Source: an uncultured Actinomycetes bacterium (GTDB taxonomy: Bacteria > Actinomycetota > Thermoleophilia > Solirubrobacterales > 70-9). Taken from it: a stretch of DNA of 64,000 bases. This document shows positions 1 through 11,463 of this stretch, one piece after another. The first letter of the stretch is position 1, and every line of letters starts with the position of its first letter. Location of the stretch: NCBI GenBank assembly GCA_963779815.1, contig CAVZZR010000001.1, positions 594,588 to 658,587 on the forward strand. Direction: 5' to 3'. The translations under genes were made by a program, and so were the position numbers. Below the pieces are notes generated by a model that ran no database searches, had not been told where the DNA came from, and saw only the letters and a program-made list of their open reading frames with translations.

Positions 1-140
1 CAAATTCGGCTTCAAAGTCTGCCGCGGCGCCTGACTCTCTCCGTGGGAACGCTGTTTCCGGATTAGAATTGCCCTTCGATGAGGGGGGACGGGGCAAGGT
101 CGGCGTCGGCCGACGGTGAGCGGTCGCCTCTGCGTGTGGG

Positions 141-2519
141 ATGACCATGCTCGTCGCCTGGGTGGGGTTTCCGCTCGTTCTGCTCCTCCTCTCCTTGGGC
201 TGCGGTGTCTTCGTCGAGCGGGTGACCGGCCGGCTGCTGCCGCCGGCCCTCGCGCTGCCCGTCGGCTTCGCGGTAATCGTCGTCTTTGCTGGAGTCCTCA
301 CCTCTAGAGGGGAGACGGCGCCCATTGCGACGCCGGGCGTCGTCGTGCTGGCTCTGCTCGGCTGGGCCTCCCTGCTCTGGAGAAAGGATCTGCGAGGGCG
401 CCTCGACGGTGAGCTGGGCTGGGGAGCCGTGGCGGCAGCCGGTGTTTTCGCCGTCTACGCCGCCCCTGTGGTCCTCTCCGGGGAGCCGACCTTCGCGGGC
501 TACATCAAGCTCGACGACACCGCCACCTGGATGGCCTTCGTCGACCGCCTGATGGAGCACGGCCGCAACCTCTCGGGTCTCGAACCGTCGACTTATCAAC
601 AGACGCTGCTGGTCAACCTGCCCGGCGGCTATCCCGTCGGCGCGTTCCTTCCCCTCGGGGTCGGGTCCCGCCTGACGGGAACCGACGTCGCCTGGCTGGT
701 GCAGCCCTACATGGCGACCGTCGCGGCCCTGCTCACGTTCTGCCTCTATGGGCTGACCAAGCCCGTGCTTTCCTCGCGCCCCCTGCGAGCGCTGGTTGCC
801 TTCGGGGCGGCGCAGCCGGCGCTGCTCTTCGCCTACAGCCTCTGGGGGGGGATCAAGGAGGTTGCCGTCGCGCTGGCGATCGCGCTGCTCGCCGCGCTCG
901 CGCCCGAGGCGGTGCGGAGGGGCGGCGGCGCCAGGGCACTCGTCCCCCTCGCACTTGCGATCGCCGCTCTGCTGACCATGGTCGGCTCCGGCGGCCTCGT
1001 CTGGGTCGCGCCGGCGCTGGCCTTCGTCGGGATCGCCGTCTGGCGGACCCAGGGGCTCGGCACGCTGGCCGCCCGCGCCGTGCCGCTGGCGCTGCTCGTT
1101 GCCCTCTTCGCGATTCCCGCCCTCTTCGCCGCCGGGGTCTTCTCGCCGACGCAGGGGGGGCTTACCAGCGACGCCGAGCTCGGCAACCTGATCGCTCCGC
1201 TGAGCGTCTTTCAATACGTCGGGATCTGGCCGAACGGGGACTTCCGCCTCGACCCCACCCACGAGTACCTCACCGACTTCCTGATCTTGCTGGCTCTGGC
1301 GGCCGCGGTCGCCGGCGCCGTCTTCTGCTGGCGGTCGCGCGCATGGGAGCCGCTCCTCTACGCCGCTGCTGCCGGAGCGGGGAGCCTCGCTGTCTTCGCC
1401 TACTCCTCACCCTGGGTGGGCGCGAAGGCACTGGCCTCGGCCAGCCCTTCCCTGCTGCTGCTGGCGCTCTGCGGCGCAGCCATCGTCGCTGCTCGGATCA
1501 GGCGCGCCCCGGGCGCGATCGCCCTCGTTCTCATCCTCGGCGGCGTTTTCTGGTCCAACGCCCTTGGCTATCACGACGTCAGCCTCGCTCCCTACGACCA
1601 GCTGCGTGAGCTCGAGCGGATCGGGGAAGGGATCTCCGGCGAGGGCCCCACCTTGATGACGGAATACCAGCCCTACGGCGTGCGCCACTTCCTCCGCGAC
1701 GCCGACGCCGAGGGGGCCTCGGAGCTGCGCACCCGCCCGGTGCCGCTGGTGGAAGGGGGGGAACTCGAAAAGGGGGCATGGGGAGACACCGACCAGCTTG
1801 TCCTCCCCACCCTCCTCCTCTACCGCACGCTGGTCCTGCGGCGCAGCCCCGCCCAGAGCCGCCCCCCCTCGGCCTACTCGCTCGTCCGCAGGGGTGACTA
1901 CTACGACGTCTGGCAGCGACCCGACGAGGACCCGGGCATCCTCGGCCACTTCCCGCTGGGAAGCTTCGAAGAACCCGCGGCGCGAAGCTGCGCGACGGTG
2001 GAAGAAGCTGCTGGCCTTGCCGGGCCCGCGGGAACCGTGGCAGCGGCCGAGCGCCGACCCTCCCTGAGCTTCTCGCTGGGAAGCTCGGCGCATCCTGATT
2101 CGTGGCTGCCGACCGAACCCGGGAGCCCCGATCTGATTCCGGGGGCCGCCGGCACCGCCACGCTCTCGGTCGAAGTGCCGCGGAGCCGGAAGTTCAGCCT
2201 CTATCTCCTCGGCAGCATCCGCAACCGCCTCGACCTCGTGATCGACGGGGTCACGATCGGCTCGGTCGAAGAGCAGCTGAACCCGAGCCGCCAATTCCTC
2301 GACTTCGGCGAAGCCTGGATCGGCAGCGGACCTCACGAGGTGGAGCTGAAGCTCCACGGTCAGACCCTGAGGCCGGGGAGCGGCGGCCCGCCGGAACCGA
2401 TCGGGCCGCTGGTGCTCGACCCCGCGTTCAACGAGGACCCGCCGGTGCGGGAAGTGCCGGCGGATCAGGCGAGCGAGCTATGCGGTGAGCGCCTCGACTG
2501 GGTCGAGGCGCGACCCTAG
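141..2519 (+). CDS. Large polytopic membrane protein (12 or more predicted TM helices in the N-terminal 500 aa plus a soluble C-terminal domain); possibly a GT-C-type glycosyltransferase
   Basis: Uninterrupted 792-aa ORF in a 72% GC background; N-terminus has alternating hydrophobic helices (VGFPLVLLLLSLGCGVF..., ALLFAYSLWGG...); no recognisable catalytic motif. Confidence 0.6.
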   Translation: MTMLVAWVGFPLVLLLLSLGCGVFVERVTGRLLPPALALPVGFAVIVVFAGVLTSRGETAPIATPGVVVLALLGWASLLWRKDLRGRLDGELGWGAVAAAGVFAVYAAPVVLSGEPTFAGYIKLDDTATWMAFVDRLMEHGRNLSGLEPSTYQQTLLVNLPGGYPVGAFLPLGVGSRLTGTDVAWLVQPYMATVAALLTFCLYGLTKPVLSSRPLRALVAFGAAQPALLFAYSLWGGIKEVAVALAIALLAALAPEAVRRGGGARALVPLALAIAALLTMVGSGGLVWVAPALAFVGIAVWRTQGLGTLAARAVPLALLVALFAIPALFAAGVFSPTQGGLTSDAELGNLIAPLSVFQYVGIWPNGDFRLDPTHEYLTDFLILLALAAAVAGAVFCWRSRAWEPLLYAAAAGAGSLAVFAYSSPWVGAKALASASPSLLLLALCGAAIVAARIRRAPGAIALVLILGGVFWSNALGYHDVSLAPYDQLRELERIGEGISGEGPTLMTEYQPYGVRHFLRDADAEGASELRTRPVPLVEGGELEKGAWGDTDQLVLPTLLLYRTLVLRRSPAQSRPPSAYSLVRRGDYYDVWQRPDEDPGILGHFPLGSFEEPAARSCATVEEAAGLAGPAGTVAAAERRPSLSFSLGSSAHPDSWLPTEPGSPDLIPGAAGTATLSVEVPRSRKFSLYLLGSIRNRLDLVIDGVTIGSVEEQLNPSRQFLDFGEAWIGSGPHEVELKLHGQTLRPGSGGPPEPIGPLVLDPAFNEDPPVREVPADQASELCGERLDWVEARP

Positions 2520-2947
2520 CCCTCTTCGAGCTGCCGCAGGGCTTCCTCGAGGCCGCCGCTGCGGGATTCGATCAGCCGCGCCGCGATCTCGACTTCCCAG
2601 AAGCGAGCGCCGGCGACCCAGGCCTGTCCCAGGTAGTTCCAGGCGCCGAGGGTGGTGCCGACGGTCGTGTCGAGATCCTCGGCGAGGCGTTCCATCAGCT
2701 CCTGGAACTCGTCCTGCATGCCGAGGATGACCGGCTGGGGATCGCTCTCTCCCATCTTCGTCTCGATCATCACCGCGTGGCCGGTGCGGATGCCGAAGAA
2801 CCAGGCGTCGTGGAGGTAGGCCTCGAGCTCCGCCAGCTGCTCGGGCTCGAGGTTCAGGGTCTCCGCGCTCTCCTCGGCGAGAGGCTTGAGGTCGTGCTCC
2901 TTCGCGCTCTGAACCGCAGCCGAGAGGCTGTCGCCCCCAAAAGACAT
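2516..2947 (-). CDS. Hypothetical acidic protein (143 aa)
   Basis: Intact ORF; 4-nt overlap with the upstream convergent membrane-protein gene; AT-rich promoter region upstream of its start. Confidence 0.45.
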   Translation of the reverse strand: MSFGGDSLSAAVQSAKEHDLKPLAEESAETLNLEPEQLAELEAYLHDAWFFGIRTGHAVMIETKMGESDPQPVILGMQDEFQELMERLAEDLDTTVGTTLGAWNYLGQAWVAGARFWEVEIAARLIESRSGGLEEALRQLEEG

Positions 2948-2955
2948 GGACCGCC

Positions 2956-2973
2956 AATCTAGACAACTAGATT
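2956..2973. promoter_or_regulatory. Perfect 7-bp inverted repeat AATCTAG-acaa-CTAGATT in an AT-rich gap (candidate operator or terminator hairpin)
   Basis: Read directly from the sequence at 2956-2973; lies between the stop of the 3127-3879 gene and the start of the 2516-2947 gene. Confidence 0.4.
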
Positions 2974-3126
2974 TAATCGAGTACGCCTATTTGTACTACG
3001 GAGCCTGCCGGAGCGCAACCGATGATGGGTGACGGCACTCGCAGGGACGCGAGCACGAAAAAGGGCGGCCCGGAGGCCGCCCTTTCCAATCCTGCGCTGC
3101 TCAGAGAGCAGCGTCGGATCTGCTCC

Positions 3127-3879
3127 TCAGGTGCCGGTGCAGGTCCGGAGGATGGTTGCCGGTCCCGCCTGGGTCCCGTCAGAGAACTTGGCGGTGGCTT
3201 TCGCCTGCAGCTTGCCGTCGGGGCATTTCGCCGTCAGGACGCCCTTCTTGTTGATCTTCAGGCTGAACGACTTCACGGAACCGCTGCCGCCGGCGATCTT
3301 CGGGATCGTGGCGACCGTTTTCAGTCCATAGCGGCCGTTGTGGACTTTCTTGATCTTCAGGGTGGTGACGATCGCCCCGGGGGTCGGTTTCGAGAAGTAG
3401 GCGTGGATGTAGAGGGTGGTCTTGCCGCCGCTGAAACCGCCGTTGATGACGAGCAACTTACTGTCGACGTCGAACGGAGTCTGTTCCGGGAACGCGATCT
3501 CGGCGGTGGTCGTGCCGGTGCCGATGATCGCCTTCTTGCAGACTTTTTCGGCTGCCGCGGTGTCACGCGACTGCAGCTGACCCGAGGTGCACTTCGGCAG
3601 GCCCTTGACGTTGATCGCGCCGTTCTTGTCGGTTTCGACGATCGTTTCCTTCAGCGCCGGCGGATGGGTGCCGTCTTTGGTCGAGATCTTGCCCGACGCG
3701 GTGAGCGTGATCGGGGCGAGCTTCTTCTTCGGCAGCTTGGTGGGCTTGAAATCGCCGTTGAAGGTGAACACGAGGTTGCCGGCTTCGACCGTCACCGGCT
3801 TCCCGGCGGTAGCGATGCCGGCCACGCTGACGGCAATCAGCGCCGCAATGGCCATCGTCAACATTAGGTACTTGCGCAT
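3127..3879 (-). CDS. Secreted Lys/Thr-rich hypothetical protein (signal peptide MRKYLMLTMAIAALIAVSVAGIATA)
   Basis: Intact 250-aa ORF; strong SD (AGGAGAGATATAGGGAT) upstream of the ATG at 3879; N-terminal signal peptide; Lys about 12% and locally lower GC than flanks. Confidence 0.6.
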   Translation of the reverse strand: MRKYLMLTMAIAALIAVSVAGIATAGKPVTVEAGNLVFTFNGDFKPTKLPKKKLAPITLTASGKISTKDGTHPPALKETIVETDKNGAINVKGLPKCTSGQLQSRDTAAAEKVCKKAIIGTGTTTAEIAFPEQTPFDVDSKLLVINGGFSGGKTTLYIHAYFSKPTPGAIVTTLKIKKVHNGRYGLKTVATIPKIAGGSGSVKSFSLKINKKGVLTAKCPDGKLQAKATAKFSDGTQAGPATILRTCTGT

Positions 3880-4029
3880 ATCCCTATATCTCTCCTTTGC
3901 GGCCTGCCCGTCCTGGGTCCGATGCCGTCGGAACTTGGCTTGAAACGTCTCTCCAGCGGGTCAACCTACCACCCCCGCCCTGTTCGTAAACACGTCGATC
4001 CGCGGAATGGAGCGGCGCTTGCGTGGCGA

Positions 4030-4719
4030 TTAGGAGCGGTGCTTCGCGAGTCGCACGCGCTCGCGCTCGGCAGCAGCCCCCTCGGCGCCGAGGAAGGGCA
4101 GGGTAATCCAGAACATCAGGTCTGGAAGCCGGCTGGGAAGGCGGGCGACGGCGCCATGGAGGATCTCGCTGTAGAGGAGCTCGTTGACGCCGCCGGCGAT
4201 CGCGACCGAGGTGATGCCGGGCAGTTCGATCGTGCTCTCCGAGCGCCCCGACTCGAGGAAGCCGGTGAACTGGCGCAGGGCCGAGTCGCGCCGGGCCAGC
4301 GCCTTGGGTCCCGCCGCCAGCACCTCGACGATCGCGAAGCGCGCCTCATCGGGGTGGCGCGAGAGGTGCTCCAGCAGGACTTCGAGGCCCTGGCAGATGC
4401 GCTCGGCCCAGGTTGCGTCGCCGTTCGCCTCGAAAGCGTTCGTCGCCTCCGCGAGGAGGTTTTCGAGGAGGACGTCGTAGGCGGCAAGGAAGCAGTCCTC
4501 CTTGCTGTCGAAGAGTTCGTAGAAGGTCTTGCGGGAAACCCCGGCGACTCCGATCACGTCGACCACGCGGGTTTCCGGATAGCCGCGCTCGGAGACGACT
4601 TTGACCATCGCCTGGTGAATACGGTTGCGCTGGGACTCGGTTACCGCCTCCCTCGGCAAGCCATGTCTTCCCCGGGGCAGCCGCTCGCTTAACTTGGCGG
4701 AGCGTCTAGTGGAGGGCAC
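4030..4719 (-). CDS. TetR/AcrR family transcriptional regulator
   Basis: N-terminal HTH region (RIHQAMVKVVSERGYPETRVVDVIGVAGVSRKTFYELFDSKEDCFLAAYD) is typical of TetR_N. Confidence 0.8.
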   Translation of the reverse strand: MPSTRRSAKLSERLPRGRHGLPREAVTESQRNRIHQAMVKVVSERGYPETRVVDVIGVAGVSRKTFYELFDSKEDCFLAAYDVLLENLLAEATNAFEANGDATWAERICQGLEVLLEHLSRHPDEARFAIVEVLAAGPKALARRDSALRQFTGFLESGRSESTIELPGITSVAIAGGVNELLYSEILHGAVARLPSRLPDLMFWITLPFLGAEGAAAERERVRLAKHRS

Positions 4720-4778
4720 GAACCCACTGTAGAGCAGTCGGGAAACCGGTGTGGGACCTTTATCTAAATGTCCGCAAC

Positions 4779-6933
<2,155 letters not shown>

Positions 6934-6934
<1 letters not shown>

Positions 6935-8358
6935 CAGAAGTCAGGCCCCGCCGCGGCCGCGTCCTCGAAGGGCGGCGCCTCCCCGGCCGGCTGCTCGATC
7001 GGCGGTTCGGCGTGGGCGTGGTCGGCGAATTTCGGATAACGGTCGAGGAAGACCAGCTTCCTGGTCCCGATCGGGCCGTTCCTGTGCTTGGCGATGATCA
7101 GGTCGGCGAGGCCGTCGGGCTCCTCCTCGGGGTCGCGGTAGTAGTCCTCGCGGTAGAGGAAGGCGACGACGTCGGCGTCCTGCTCGATCTGCCCGGACTC
7201 GCGCAGGTCGGAGAGCTGGGGCTTCGGCGGCGTCCGCTGCTCGGGCGCGCGCGAGAGCTGGGAGATCGCCACCACCGGCACCTCCAGCTCGCGGGCGAGG
7301 ATCTTCAGCCCGCGGCTGATCTGGCCGACCTGCTCGACCCGGTTGGCGCGGTGGTCGTCGGAGCGCATCAGCTGGATGTAGTCGAGGATGATCAGGCCGA
7401 GGCCGCCGCGCTCCTGTTCCTGGGCGTGCAGCCGCCGCGCCTTCGCCCGCAGGTCGAGGATGCCGAGGTCGGAGGAGTCGTCGAACCACAGCGGTGCCTC
7501 TTCCAGCTCGTTGCAGGCGCGCAGCACCTTCGGCCAGTCGCGTCTGGAGACCTGCCCCTTGCGCAGCTTGTCGCCGGAGATCCGCGCCCGGCAGGCGATG
7601 AACCGCTGCGCCAGCTCGACCTCCGACATCTCGAGCGAGAAGAAGGCGACCGGCCGCCCCCGCTTGACGGCGACGTTTTCGGCGATGTTGGCGACCAGCG
7701 CGCTCTTCCCCATCGCCGGGCGGGCGGCGACGATGATCAGGTTGCCGGGCTGGAAGCCGCCGGTGATCGCGTCGACGTCGCGAAAGCCGGAGGGGGTGCC
7801 GGTCAATTCCGTCTCGCCGGTGGAGAGCTTCTCGAGCCGGTCGACCTCGTCGTGGAGGATGTCGCCGAGCAGTTTGAAGTCGCTGGCCTGCTCTTTGTGG
7901 GCGACTTCGAAGAGCAGTTTCTCGGCCCGCTCGGAGAGCTCTTGCGGTTCCCCGTCACGGTCGTTGACCCAACCCTGGATCTCCTGGCCGGCGCCGAGCA
8001 GCCGTCTCAGCAACGAGTTCTGCTGGACGATTTCCGCGTAGTGCTTCGCGTTGGCGGCCGCCGGAACTTTCGCCGTCAGCTCCGAGACGTAGTGCCGGCC
8101 GCCAGCCTCCTCGATCTTGTTGCGCTGGGTCAGCGCCTCGCTGACGCTGAGCTCGTCGACCGGCTGCGAGGCCGCATAGAGGTCATGGACCACCTCGAAG
8201 ATCAGCCGGTGCTTGTCGAGGTAGAAGTCGAGCGCGTTCAGCTTCACCTCGTCGATCACCCGCGTCAGCGTCGACTCGGAGACCAGCATCGCGCCCAGCA
8301 CCGACTCCTCGGCCTCGATGTTCTGGGGCGGGACGTGGGTGGTGGGCGGCTGCGGCAT
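6934..8358 (-). CDS. dnaB: Replicative DNA helicase DnaB
   Basis: 474 aa; N-terminal NIEAEESVLGAML and RecA-like domain (GNLIIVAARPAMGKSA, ILDYIQLM, LSQLSR). Confidence 0.95.
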
Positions 8359-8494
8359 CGGCTCTTCAGTAAAGGCTGCCCGGCGGCGGAATCAGGGTTC
8401 CGAGGGGCGCTTTGCAAGCAAACCAGAGGCGGGCAGGGGCCATGTCCCGCTTCCGTGCAAAAGCCGTCAAAAAGAATTCACGCTTCGGCGAGCT

Positions 8495-9073
8495 TTATGC
8501 GGCAGTTCCGAAGGAGAGCTGGTGGTGGTGCGCCGGGGGGATCAGGCCCTCCTGCTCCTGGCGGGCCTCGCCGCGGCGGAGCATGCGGAGGGTGAGGATG
8601 GCGATGCTGAGGATCGCGGTGGCGCCGAGGCTGAGCTGGATGCTGAGCAGGCCTTCGCGGCTCCAGTAGACGTCGCGGAGATCGAGCAGGAGGGCGGACT
8701 CGTCGAAGGTGAGGCCGAAGCCGGCGCCCATCGGGATCGCCAGCTTCTGCTCGAGCTCGTCGTCGTCGGTGAGGAGAGCAGCGGTGCCGGAGCCGAAGGC
8801 GAGCAGGATGCCCGGCACGAAGTGGTGGATGTGGCGGCCGCCGATGTTGACGTTGCGGAAGGGGCCGCGGCCGTCGCGGATTGCCCAGGTCGAGAGGCGG
8901 ACCATGGCGAAGGAGCCGAGGAAGCCCGCCAGGAGGTTGAAGAGGACCGTTTCGTAGCGCGGCGCCTCTTCGTAGCCGCGGACGGCGACGCCGACCGTGT
9001 CGACGGCTGCCGCGGGCGCCGATTCGAGCAGCGCTTCGGGGTCGTGGGCCTCACCCGCGCGCCGCGCGAACAT
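8495..9073 (-). CDS. Hypothetical membrane protein
   Basis: 192-aa ORF with TM segments (HHFVPGILLAFGSGTAALL, LGATAILSIAILTL) between rplI and dnaB; start codon uncertain. Confidence 0.45.
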   Translation of the reverse strand: MFARRAGEAHDPEALLESAPAAAVDTVGVAVRGYEEAPRYETVLFNLLAGFLGSFAMVRLSTWAIRDGRGPFRNVNIGGRHIHHFVPGILLAFGSGTAALLTDDDELEQKLAIPMGAGFGLTFDESALLLDLRDVYWSREGLLSIQLSLGATAILSIAILTLRMLRRGEARQEQEGLIPPAHHHQLSFGTAA

Positions 9074-9186
9074 GCGGCTGAACTGACCGACCAGAACGGT
9101 GCCGGCGGCGGCAAGGGCAACTCCGGCAAGACCGACGGTCGCTCGCTCGGAGCGAACCCAACCGGCCCTGCGAGGACGAGAGAGGA

Positions 9187-9639
9187 CTACTTCTCCTCGC
9201 TGATGATCGTCTTGACGGCGGCAGTGGTGCCGTCTTTGAGCTGGATCTCGACCATGAAGGTGCCGAGTTCCCGCAGCGGCTGCTCGAGCTGGATCTGTTT
9301 TTTCTCGACCCGCAGGTCGCGGGCCTCGCGCAGGGCGTCGGCGATCTCTTTCGGCCCGACCGAGCCGAACAGCTTGCCGTCCTCGCCGGCGCGCTGGTGG
9401 ATCGTCAGCACCGTCTTCGAGAGCAGGCCGGCGGCTTCCGTTTCGCGCTCGGCGCGCGCGGCCTCGGCCTTTTCAGCCGCCTCCATCCGCCGCTTCGCCA
9501 CCTCGAGGGCACCGGCGGTGGCGGGCTGGGCGAGCTTGCGCGGGATCAGGTAGTTGCGCAGGTAGCCGGGGGCGACGTCGACGACGTGGCCGCGCTCGCC
9601 GAGCGAATCGACGTCTTCCAGCAGGATTGCCTGCGCCAT
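9187..9639 (-). CDS. rplI: 50S ribosomal protein L9
   Basis: [37 protein letters not shown] matches the L9 N-terminal domain; 150 aa. Confidence 0.95.
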   Translation of the reverse strand: MAQAILLEDVDSLGERGHVVDVAPGYLRNYLIPRKLAQPATAGALEVAKRRMEAAEKAEAARAERETEAAGLLSKTVLTIHQRAGEDGKLFGSVGPKEIADALREARDLRVEKKQIQLEQPLRELGTFMVEIQLKDGTTAAVKTIISEEK

Positions 9640-9914
9640 CAGCGCTCTCCGACGTAGGGAAGCAGGGCGATTTCGCGCGCCCGCTTCACCGCCACCGAGA
9701 GCTGACGCTGGTGGCGGCGGGAAAGTCCGGTGACCCGGCGCCCGCGCGTCTTCCCCTTGTCGGAGAGGAAGCGGCGCAGCAGGTTCAGGTCCTTGTAGTC
9801 GACGACCTCGGAGTTGACCCGCGTGTATTTCCGAGGGCGGGCGCGATCGGCGCCGCGCCTGCCGCCGCCGCGGCGGCCCGCGGTGCGGGACGAGCTGTCA
9901 GAGGTTCGTGCCAT
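9639..9914 (-). CDS. rpsR: 30S ribosomal protein S18
   Basis: [50 protein letters not shown] is canonical S18. Confidence 0.95.
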   Translation of the reverse strand: MARTSDSSSRTAGRRGGGRRGADRARPRKYTRVNSEVVDYKDLNLLRRFLSDKGKTRGRRVTGLSRRHQRQLSVAVKRAREIALLPYVGER

Positions 9915-9975
9915 CGGCGCGAGATGCTACAGAGCGCCGCGATGCGGCGCTCTGTAGTTGCCGGTCAGGCGAGAA

Positions 9976-10467
9976 TCAAAATGGAATGTCGTCTTCTTGG
10001 CCGCCGCCGCCACCGCCGCCCGCCGGGGCGCCGGACATGTCGGACATGTCGGCCGGGACGTCGCTCTGCGGCGGACTGAAGCCGCCGCCGCCGTTGCCGT
10101 TGCCACCACCGGCGCCGTCGCGGGAGCCGAGGAACTGGACGGTGTTGGCGACGATCCGCACTGCCTGCCGTTTGCCGCTGCCGTCTTTGGCCTCCCACTC
10201 GCTCCAGTCGAGCCGCCCTTCGACCGCTACCGGCCGGCCCTTGCTGAGGTAGTTGGCGCAGTTCTCGCCCTGCGCCCCCCAGACGGTGACGTCGAAGTAG
10301 TTGGCCTTGTCGACCCAGTTGCCGCTCTGGTCTTTGCGGCGGCTGTTCACCGCGACGCGCAGGTCGCAGACCGCGGTCCCGCCGCCGGTATGACGCAGCT
10401 CCGGATCCCGGGTCAGATTCCCGGTGATAACCACCACGTTCACGTTCGAAGCTGCCAATGCACTCAC
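9976..10467 (-). CDS. ssb: Single-stranded DNA-binding protein
   Basis: OB-fold region NVVVITGNLTRDPELRHTGGGTAVCDLRVAVN, Gly-rich linker and acidic C-terminal tip DDIPF. Confidence 0.95.
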   Translation of the reverse strand: MSALAASNVNVVVITGNLTRDPELRHTGGGTAVCDLRVAVNSRRKDQSGNWVDKANYFDVTVWGAQGENCANYLSKGRPVAVEGRLDWSEWEAKDGSGKRQAVRIVANTVQFLGSRDGAGGGNGNGGGGFSPPQSDVPADMSDMSGAPAGGGGGGGQEDDIPF

Positions 10468-10521
10468 TCCTTACCCGTTCGCTTATCTGGTTCCCCAGTC
10501 TAAGGAGGAGGGCGGCTCTAT

Positions 10522-10983
10522 TTACCCCCCTCTGGCCGGGGGAACCCGCAAACAGCGGTCGCGCTGAGCGGCTTTACTCGTCGTCGGGCTCGGGAGCGGC
10601 GTCCTCGCCGCGCTCCTCGCGAGCTCCGGTGGCGGCGCGCTCGCGGGGCCCCGGGGCCGCGGTCGCGGCGGGGGGACGATCACCGGCGCGCCGGGATCGA
10701 CTTTGAAGATCCGGAAGCGGAGGACGCCGTCGGCGATCTTCAGGTTGTGGTCGAGCGAGTCGAGCAGGTCGCTCGGGGCCTCGAACCGCATCCAGCGGTA
10801 ATCCGCCTCGGTGCGGTGGTTGATCTCGTAGGCCATCTTGCGCAGGCCCCAGCTGTTCTCGTGTTTGAGATTGCCTTTGGCCTCGATCTGCCCACGCGCG
10901 TCTTGCGCCAGGGCGTCGCGCGCCGGGGCGTCAAGTTGGGGGTCCAGCATCAGGACCAGCTCGTATTCGCGTGGTGCTGCCAA
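10522..10983 (-). CDS. rpsF: 30S ribosomal protein S6; apparent frameshift in a C6 run near the 3' end, so the true stop is probably at 10563
   Basis: N-terminus MAAPREYELVLMLDPQLD...RWMRFEAPSDLLDSLDHNLKIADGVLRFRIFKV is S6. After the C-run at 10670-10675 the annotated frame gives a Pro/Arg tail, whereas adding one C gives the canonical acidic tail ...AREERGEDAAPEPDDE*. Confidence 0.85.
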   Translation of the reverse strand: MAAPREYELVLMLDPQLDAPARDALAQDARGQIEAKGNLKHENSWGLRKMAYEINHRTEADYRWMRFEAPSDLLDSLDHNLKIADGVLRFRIFKVDPGAPVIVPPPRPRPRGPASAPPPELARSAARTPLPSPTTSKAAQRDRCLRVPPARGG

Positions 10984-11014
10984 AACGGCGAAGGACTATA
11001 GCGGCGGGATGGCG

Positions 11015-11425
11015 CTAGCGCGGCGCGAACTCCTCCGAGCCGTCGCTCGGCGACGCCGGGGGCGGAGGCGGAGGGACCGGCGGCGGGGACGGCGGCGGTT
11101 CGTAGCTGACGGGCGGTGGCGGCGCGACAGGCGCAGGCTCGGCTGCGGCCTTTGGCTTCGGCCGCTCCTTCCGGGGCCTGCTGCTGATCACATCCCGCCG
11201 CGCCGACCCCGTGGTTCTTTTTGCACCCATGCCGTGCGTTTCGAACCGCAACTTCGGCGCCGGCTCGGCAGCTGGGGCCACTCGCGGCAGACCCACGTCC
11301 TTGCCCAGCGGCGGCGGTTGGGGCGGGCGCAGGAGGCCGGGCAGCGCCTGCAGGGCGAGCAGCACCGCGACCGCGACGATCGCAATTTTGCCGACCCCGC
11401 TCCAGCGGATGCGTACCGTGCCCAC
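11015..11425 (-). CDS. Membrane-anchored proline-rich hypothetical protein
   Basis: N-terminal TM (IAIVAVAVLLALQALPGLL) followed by a Pro-rich low-complexity tail; real protein vs GC artefact uncertain. Confidence 0.35.
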   Translation of the reverse strand: MGTVRIRWSGVGKIAIVAVAVLLALQALPGLLRPPQPPPLGKDVGLPRVAPAAEPAPKLRFETHGMGAKRTTGSARRDVISSRPRKERPKPKAAAEPAPVAPPPPVSYEPPPSPPPVPPPPPPASPSDGSEEFAPR

Positions 11426-11463
11426 CCCGGCCTAAGCCGTGGGAGGCCGCGGGTTCTCCCCCC

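Noticed and set aside
1-140. The leader region before the first gene checked for RNA genes or repeats
   Set aside because: No convincing structure or repeat was seen. It is an ordinary upstream region with a possible RBS before the ATG at 141.
10522-10563. A Pro/Arg-rich C-terminal extension of S6 as a real feature
   Set aside because: Adding one base to the C6 run restores the canonical acidic S6 tail and an in-frame stop at 10563.
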